From Candidatus Zixiibacteriota bacterium (lineage in GTDB: Bacteria; Zixibacteria; MSB-5A5; CAIYYT01), in assembly GCA_040235515.1 (NCBI GenBank), contig JBECKX010000196.1:1-19746 (forward strand): a stretch of DNA of 19,746 bases. The letters run 5' to 3'. Position 1 is the first letter of the stretch; each line of letters starts with the position of its first letter. Both the position numbers and the translations under genes were made by a program. Below, in pieces: positions 14,492-19,746 of this stretch. The notes under the pieces are model-generated. The model had not been told where the DNA came from and did not search any database. It worked only from the letters and a program-made list of their open reading frames with translations.

Positions 14492-17400
14492 AGTTCGACG
14501 AATTGAAATCAAGCACATCCTTTTCCAAACTGGAAGAGGAAGTACTCGAGTACTGGGACAAGGCGGACACGTTCCATGAAGGCATACGTCGACGCAAAGA
14601 TGCCCCGCGATTCTCGTTTTATGAAGGCCCTCCAACCGCTAACGGCAGACCCGGCATCCATCACGTCATTACCCGTGCAATCAAGGACCTCGTCTGTCGC
14701 TACAAGCAGATGCGTGGTTTCCTGGTTGAGCGAAAGGCAGGCTGGGATACACACGGGTTGCCGGTTGAAATCGAGGTTGAGAAGCGACTGGGGCTGGAAT
14801 CGAAGGCTGAGATCGAGAAATATGGAATCGCCGAGTTCAACAAGCAGTGCCGCGAGTCGGTGTTCAAATATAAGGAAGACTGGGACCACCTCACGCGCCG
14901 CATCGGCTACTGGCTTGACCTGAACAAACCATACATCACCTGCGAGAATGACTACATCGAGTCGGTGTGGTGGATACTGGCGCAGTTTTTCAATCGTGGC
15001 CTGATGCACAAGGGACATAAGATTCTCCCCTACTGCCCGCGCTGCGGTACCGGTTTGTCGTCGCATGAAGTGGCACAGGGATACGAGGATGTCAAGGATC
15101 CATCGATCTTCGTGCGCGCGCAGATCGTCGATGAACCCGACACCAGTTTCCTGGTCTGGACGACGACGCCGTGGACGTTGATCTCGAACGTCGCGCTGGC
15201 CGTGTCGCCCGATGCTGACTATGTCAAGGTGCAGTATGGGGATGAGAAGTTGGTGCTGGCGGAAGCACTGGCGGAGAAGGTCCTGGACGAGGAATTCGAA
15301 GTAATCGAGCGCTTCAAGGGTAAGACCCTCGAGAAGAAGGCGTATGTGCCGTTCTTCGATTATTACGAGGGCAAATTCGATAACATCTGGTATGTCACCC
15401 TGGCGGACTTCGTGACGCTCGAGGACGGGACCGGAATCGTGCATATGGCGCCCGCCTTCGGTGCGGATGACTACAATGTTGGCCAGAAGTATGGGTTGCC
15501 GGTGATCCAGGCGGTCAAAGAGGATGGCAGGTTCCTCGACGAGATCACGGATTATGCCGGCAAGTTCATCAAGGACGCCGATCCGCTGATCATCAAGGAG
15601 TTGAAGGAACGTGGTGTTCTTTACAAGAAGGAGACCTACGAGCACTCCTACCCCTTCTGCTGGCGTTGCAAGTCACCGTTGATCTACTATGCGCGGCAAT
15701 CGTGGTATATCAAGACTTCGGAGAACAAAGAGAAACTGCTTGGCCGGAATTCAGAGGTCAACTGGGTACCCCCGGAGATAGGCACGGGTCGCATGGGAGA
15801 GTGGCTCTCGAACAACATCGACTGGGCGCTCTCGCGCGAACGCTACTGGGGTACGCCGCTTCCGCTCTGGGTGTGCCAGGAGTGTGAGAAGATCACTGCG
15901 ATCGAATCGGTCGAGATGCTGAAGCAGTATGCCGTCGATCCGCCGGAGGAGATCGACCTGCACAAACCGTATGTCGACGAACTCGAAATGAAATGCGAGT
16001 GTGGTGGCAGGATGGTGCGTGAGAGTGAAGTGGTGGATGTCTGGTTCGACTCGGGCGCGATGCCGTATGCGCAGTATCATTATCCGTTCGAGAACAAGGA
16101 ACTGTTCGAGGCGATGTACCCGGCTGACTTCATCAGCGAGGCGACAGATCAGACGCGGGGATGGTTCTATTCGCTGCTGGCGATCAGCACACTGCTCTTC
16201 AACAAGCCGGCGTACAAGAATGTGGTCGTGATCGGCTTCATACTTGACAAGAAGGGCAAGAAGATGTCGAAGTCGCTGAAGAACACGGTCGACCCGTTTG
16301 AGATCGTCGAGAAGTATGGCGCCGATGCGTTGCGCTGGTACCTGCTGACGGTGAGCCAGCCGCACCAGGTGACCCGCTTCGACGAAGATGGTGTGCTCGA
16401 CGTGCAGCGTCGTTTCCTCGACACACTCAAGAACACGTATACCTTCTTCGCGATCTACGCCAACATCGACAATCTGCGTGAGCGCGCCGCGAAGGAGGGT
16501 AACGGTGATCTACGTGCATTTATGGCCGAGAAGGCCGGTGAGCCGCTCGAGATCGATCGCTGGCTGCAATCGCGGCTGGAGAGCATGAAGCGGGATTATA
16601 TCGCCGGTTTCGACAGGTATGAGTTTACCAAGCCGTTGCGGCAACTGGGCGATTTCGTGATCGACGAGTTGTCCAACTGGTATGTGCGGCGTTGTCGCCG
16701 CCGCTACTGGGCTTCGGGTGATCTGCCTGACAAGTTCAGAGCTTACCTGGAGCTTTATGATGCATTGGTCGAGGTTTGCCTGCTGGCGGCCCCGGTGATT
16801 CCATTTCTTTCCGAAAAGCTCTACCGTGAGCTGACCGGAGAGGAGTCGGTGCATCTGGCGACCTATCCTGAATTCGACGCATCGCTGGTCAACGACGAGT
16901 TGGAGCAGCGGATGGATGCAGCCATCAAATTGGTGAGCCTGGGTCGATCGGCACGTAACACCGTCCAGATCAAAGTGCGTCAGCCGCTGGCGGAGATGCT
17001 GGTCAAGCTGCCCGGTGAGATCAGGCGCGAGAATGTCGAACCGCTGCTGGAGGTGATCAAGGAAGAGATCAACGTCAAGCAGATCAGCTTCCTCGAGGAT
17101 ACGACTGCGGTGGCCGAGTACCAGGTGTTGCCGAACTTCAAGCTGCTCGGGCCCAAGGTCGGGCAGGATGTCAAGGCGGTCAAGGATGCTCTCGACAAGC
17201 TGACGGAGGAAGAGATCAGGAAGTTCCTGGCTTTGAAGGAGCTGTCGGTGAGTGTGAACGGCAAGACCTTTGCGTTGAGCAACGAGGAGGTTCAGGTTCG
17301 CCTGACCGGTAAGGGTGGTTTTGCGGTCGCTGCCGATGCGGGCTACACTGTAGCGCTCACAACCGAGATCGACGAGAGTCTGCGCGCCGAGGGCTTTGCA

Positions 17401-17637
17401 CGCGAGTTGGTTAATAAAATCCAGAGTATGCGCAAGGAGGCTGATTTCGAGGTCACCGACAAAATCAGTGTGGCGATCAGCTCGAATGAAGTCGTGACAG
17501 CCGCAGCACGCATGCACCTTGAATACATCAAGCAGGAAACCCTTGCCGACGATATAGAGTTTGGAGATGCTGAGGGTGGTTTCCTGCGCGAATGGAGCAT
17601 TAACGGAGAACCAGCCAAACTGGCGATCCGTAGATAA
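14488..17637 (+). CDS. ileS: Isoleucyl-tRNA synthetase, type 2 (IleRS2)
   Basis: TTG start overlapping the punA stop, with AAGGA SD; EGPPTANGRPGIHH, GWDTHGLP, WTTTPWTL, KMSKS (16261-16275); C-terminal EGFARELVNKIQSMRK domain and no C-terminal Zn finger, as in type 2. Confidence 0.96.
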   Translation: MKFDELKSSTSFSKLEEEVLEYWDKADTFHEGIRRRKDAPRFSFYEGPPTANGRPGIHHVITRAIKDLVCRYKQMRGFLVERKAGWDTHGLPVEIEVEKRLGLESKAEIEKYGIAEFNKQCRESVFKYKEDWDHLTRRIGYWLDLNKPYITCENDYIESVWWILAQFFNRGLMHKGHKILPYCPRCGTGLSSHEVAQGYEDVKDPSIFVRAQIVDEPDTSFLVWTTTPWTLISNVALAVSPDADYVKVQYGDEKLVLAEALAEKVLDEEFEVIERFKGKTLEKKAYVPFFDYYEGKFDNIWYVTLADFVTLEDGTGIVHMAPAFGADDYNVGQKYGLPVIQAVKEDGRFLDEITDYAGKFIKDADPLIIKELKERGVLYKKETYEHSYPFCWRCKSPLIYYARQSWYIKTSENKEKLLGRNSEVNWVPPEIGTGRMGEWLSNNIDWALSRERYWGTPLPLWVCQECEKITAIESVEMLKQYAVDPPEEIDLHKPYVDELEMKCECGGRMVRESEVVDVWFDSGAMPYAQYHYPFENKELFEAMYPADFISEATDQTRGWFYSLLAISTLLFNKPAYKNVVVIGFILDKKGKKMSKSLKNTVDPFEIVEKYGADALRWYLLTVSQPHQVTRFDEDGVLDVQRRFLDTLKNTYTFFAIYANIDNLRERAAKEGNGDLRAFMAEKAGEPLEIDRWLQSRLESMKRDYIAGFDRYEFTKPLRQLGDFVIDELSNWYVRRCRRRYWASGDLPDKFRAYLELYDALVEVCLLAAPVIPFLSEKLYRELTGEESVHLATYPEFDASLVNDELEQRMDAAIKLVSLGRSARNTVQIKVRQPLAEMLVKLPGEIRRENVEPLLEVIKEEINVKQISFLEDTTAVAEYQVLPNFKLLGPKVGQDVKAVKDALDKLTEEEIRKFLALKELSVSVNGKTFALSNEEVQVRLTGKGGFAVAADAGYTVALTTEIDESLRAEGFARELVNKIQSMRKEADFEVTDKISVAISSNEVVTAAARMHLEYIKQETLADDIEFGDAEGGFLREWSINGEPAKLAIRR

Positions 17638-17652
17638 AGAGTAGGACAGAGC

Positions 17653-17687
17653 GACCGGCGGATGGTTTGGAACAGCCCCGACCGGTC
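17653..17687 (+). other. GC-rich intergenic hairpin between ileS and the DksA-like gene
   Basis: GACCGG-CGG...CCG-(A)-CCGGTC with inner GGTT/AGCC pairing; no U-tract; a GGGAG SD follows at 17690-17694. Confidence 0.5.
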
Positions 17688-17704
17688 ACGGGAGTGAAGT
17701 TGTT

Positions 17705-18100
17705 ATGCGTAAGCGAGAACTAGAGCGATTCGAAAAGATGCTGTTGGAGCGGCGCGAGGAGATCATGCGCGAGATGGGGCTGACCAAAGCCCGCACGATG
17801 GACAGCACGACCAAAGACGCCACCGGGGATCACTCCAGCTACTCGTTTCACATGGCCGATCTCGCTACCGATGCGATGGAGCGAGAGAAGGCGTTCATGC
17901 TCAATTCCAAGAATGGTCGTTTCCTCTATCACCTCGATGAAGCGCTGCGGCGTATCAAGGATGGCACGTTCGGCAAGTGCATCGGCTGCGGCAAGAACAT
18001 CAACATAGAACGTTTGCGCGCACTCCCGCACGCCCGCTACTGCATCGAGTGCAAGGAGCGTGAAGAGCAGGAGAAGAGCCAGAGGGTTCAACGACGCTAG
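17705..18100 (+). CDS. DksA/TraR family C4 zinc-finger protein
   Basis: Coiled coil with HMADLATDAMERE tip, EALRRIKDGTFGKCIGC and ERLRALPHARYCIEC. Confidence 0.92.
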   Translation: MRKRELERFEKMLLERREEIMREMGLTKARTMDSTTKDATGDHSSYSFHMADLATDAMEREKAFMLNSKNGRFLYHLDEALRRIKDGTFGKCIGCGKNINIERLRALPHARYCIECKEREEQEKSQRVQRR

Positions 18101-18129
18101 CGTCTGAACCGGGAACCGGTGTCAGAACG
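18101..18129 (+). other. Hairpin directly after the DksA-like stop codon
   Basis: CG-TCTGA-ACCGG [GAA] CCGGT-(G)-TCAGA-(A)-CG; only TCTT follows, so it is a weak terminator at best. Confidence 0.4.
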
Positions 18130-18198
18130 TCTTATGACTAAACAATCCACGTCAAGTCATCACCTGTCAAGACAACTGCAGCAGAAACGAAAACTCCA

Positions 18199-18795
18199 AT
18201 GAGTTGGCGCGATTCCTTTCGCTGGTCCGCGAGCAACCGCCATTTTCTCGCGCTGTCGCTGACCGCAGTCATGATCCTGGTTCTGGATCAGATCACGAAG
18301 ATCATAGCGGTGAAGACGATGCCGCCGGTGCCGGTCAAGGTGATCGGGGATTTCCTGCAGTGGAACCTGGTCTTTAACGAGGGTGGGGCCTTCTCAAGCA
18401 ATCTCGGATCAGGCAGCTTCTATACCTTTGCCGCGATCTTCGTCACGATCCTGGTGCTGGTGGTGCTCGCTAAGGACGCGGGCAAGAACAAGCTGCTCGA
18501 CTATTCCCTCGCGATGGTGATCGGTGGAGCGCTGGGAAACCTGACCGATCGTCTCTACTATGGCAAAGTTGTAGATTTCATCGATGTCGACTTCTTCGAT
18601 ATTCATCTTCAACCCGCAAAAATCCTCTTTTATGATTTCCCCGGGTACTATATGACGCGCTGGCCGGTGTTCAATATCGCGGACTCAGCGGTTAGTGTCG
18701 GGATGGTACTGATAATCATTGCACTGATCCTCGACGCCAAGAGGGGTGCCAGGAAGCAAAGCTGTGCCATTAGTCCAACTGACAGCGGCAGCTGA
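18199..18795 (+). CDS. lspA: Lipoprotein signal peptidase II
   Basis: LDQITK, NEGGAFS, GGALGNLTDR, VVDFID and WPVFNIADS with both catalytic Asp; four hydrophobic segments. Confidence 0.95.
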   Translation: MSWRDSFRWSASNRHFLALSLTAVMILVLDQITKIIAVKTMPPVPVKVIGDFLQWNLVFNEGGAFSSNLGSGSFYTFAAIFVTILVLVVLAKDAGKNKLLDYSLAMVIGGALGNLTDRLYYGKVVDFIDVDFFDIHLQPAKILFYDFPGYYMTRWPVFNIADSAVSVGMVLIIIALILDAKRGARKQSCAISPTDSGS

Positions 18796-19732
18796 GTCGG
18801 CCGGTGAGCGGATAGATCTCTATCTGGCTCAGGCTGACCTCGGGTTATCGAGAAGTTTCGTCAAGAAGCTGCTGGGAGAGAAGCGAGTAACCGTCGACGG
18901 AATGGCCGTCAAGGCGTCCCACCGTCTTGAGGGCGGCGAACAGATCGAGATCGACAAGCCGGAGGAGAAACGGATTGAATTCGCCGCGGAGAATATCCCG
19001 CTCGACATCCGCTATGAAGATGATTTCCTGGCTGTTATAAACAAGCCGGCCGGATTGGTGACCCATCCCGCGCCGGGCCATGAAACAGGCACTCTGGCTA
19101 ATGCGCTGTTGTATCATTTTACCGACCTGTCCTCCGGGTACGCGAAGGGATACCCCGGGTTGGTACATCGGCTGGACAACAATACATCCGGCCTGCTGGT
19201 CGTCGCCAAGAGCGATCTGATGCACCGGAAGCTGGGCGAACAGTTGGAGGCTCGCACGCTCAAGCGCGAGTATCAGGCGGTTATCTGGGGAAAGATGCAG
19301 CCACGCGAAGGGACGATCGATGTTGCGATCGGGAGATCGCGTGCCGACCGCAGGGTGATGACGTCGGGCAGTCCAATCGCTCGTGAGGCGATTACCCACT
19401 ATGAGACCATGGAAGAGTTCGTGTTCACCAGTCTGCTGCGGGTCAATCTGGAGACAGGGCGGACGCATCAGATCAGGGCCCATTTGAAGGAAACGGGTCA
19501 CCCGGTGTTTGGAGATCCCGAGTATGGTGGGCGCGCCCCGGGACGGCTGACCGGAATCGAGGCACGGCATCGTGCATTTGCCAAAGAACTGCTTGAGGGG
19601 GTAGATCACCAGCTCCTGCATGCCGCGCGACTTTCATTTGTTCATCCAGAAACTGAAGAAACGCTTGATTTTGAGTCAGAATTACCTGAAGATTTTGGAC
19701 GGACGCTTACCCTACTGCGTCAATATCAGTAG
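18764..19732 (+). CDS. rluD: RluA-family 23S rRNA pseudouridine synthase (RluD-like)
   Basis: N-terminal S4 (ERIDLYLA...SRS), NKPAGL, VHRLDNNTSG, TGRTHQIR and GDPEYG. GTG 18764 has an AGGA SD at 18751-18754; GTG 18746 is the alternative. Overlaps the lspA 3' end. Confidence 0.92.
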   Translation: MPLVQLTAAAESAGERIDLYLAQADLGLSRSFVKKLLGEKRVTVDGMAVKASHRLEGGEQIEIDKPEEKRIEFAAENIPLDIRYEDDFLAVINKPAGLVTHPAPGHETGTLANALLYHFTDLSSGYAKGYPGLVHRLDNNTSGLLVVAKSDLMHRKLGEQLEARTLKREYQAVIWGKMQPREGTIDVAIGRSRADRRVMTSGSPIAREAITHYETMEEFVFTSLLRVNLETGRTHQIRAHLKETGHPVFGDPEYGGRAPGRLTGIEARHRAFAKELLEGVDHQLLHAARLSFVHPETEETLDFESELPEDFGRTLTLLRQYQ

Positions 19733-19746
19733 GAGGACTCAAATAT
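19731..19746 (+). promoter_or_regulatory. Strong SD for the next gene, which probably starts at 19745
   Basis: AGGAGG (19731-19736), 8-nt spacer, then AT at the window edge. Confidence 0.55.

Noticed and set aside
18142..18170. Antisense promoter from TTGACA/TTGACG on the minus strand (GTCAAG repeat at 18151 and 18166)
   Set aside because: No acceptable -10 hexamer at 16-18 bp spacing.
3741..19621. Long antisense ORFs (e.g. 5959-6714, 7589-8683, 13718-14635, 14509-15645, 16510-17517, 18845-19621)
   Set aside because: They shadow well-supported + strand genes, have no recognisable motifs, and are expected from codon bias in GC-rich DNA.

Overview
Bacterial chromosomal window, almost entirely + strand, with no rRNA, tRNA, CRISPR array or mobile element visible. 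It opens with two consecutive secreted-type genes ending in dockerin-like C-terminal repeats: the 3' end of one gene, then an Ig-like + seven-FG-GAP-repeat protein. This tag style suggests, by inference only, a Zixibacteria-like FCB-group diderm. Next come agmatinase (speB) and one small minus-strand membrane protein. A housekeeping run follows: mfd, a tandem PrsA-like lipoprotein foldase, surA, an RqcP/YabO-like S4 protein, hflX, a stand-alone receiver protein, yggS, divIVA, punA, type-2 ileS, a DksA/TraR-family gene, lspA and rluD. The most unusual signal is the surA-S4 spacer. There a 17-bp-period triple repeat creates an unbroken chain of stop/start-overlapping mini-ORFs (MAMIS, MALTS, then an 18-aa peptide) running from the surA stop into the TTG start of the S4 gene, which in turn overlaps an in-frame hflX GTG. 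Other highlights are a promoter followed immediately by a terminator-like hairpin ahead of the dockerin/FG-GAP gene, a non-canonical GIHH signature in IleRS2, and a Bacillus-like gene order in an apparent diderm. All calls come from motif reading by eye; no searches were run.
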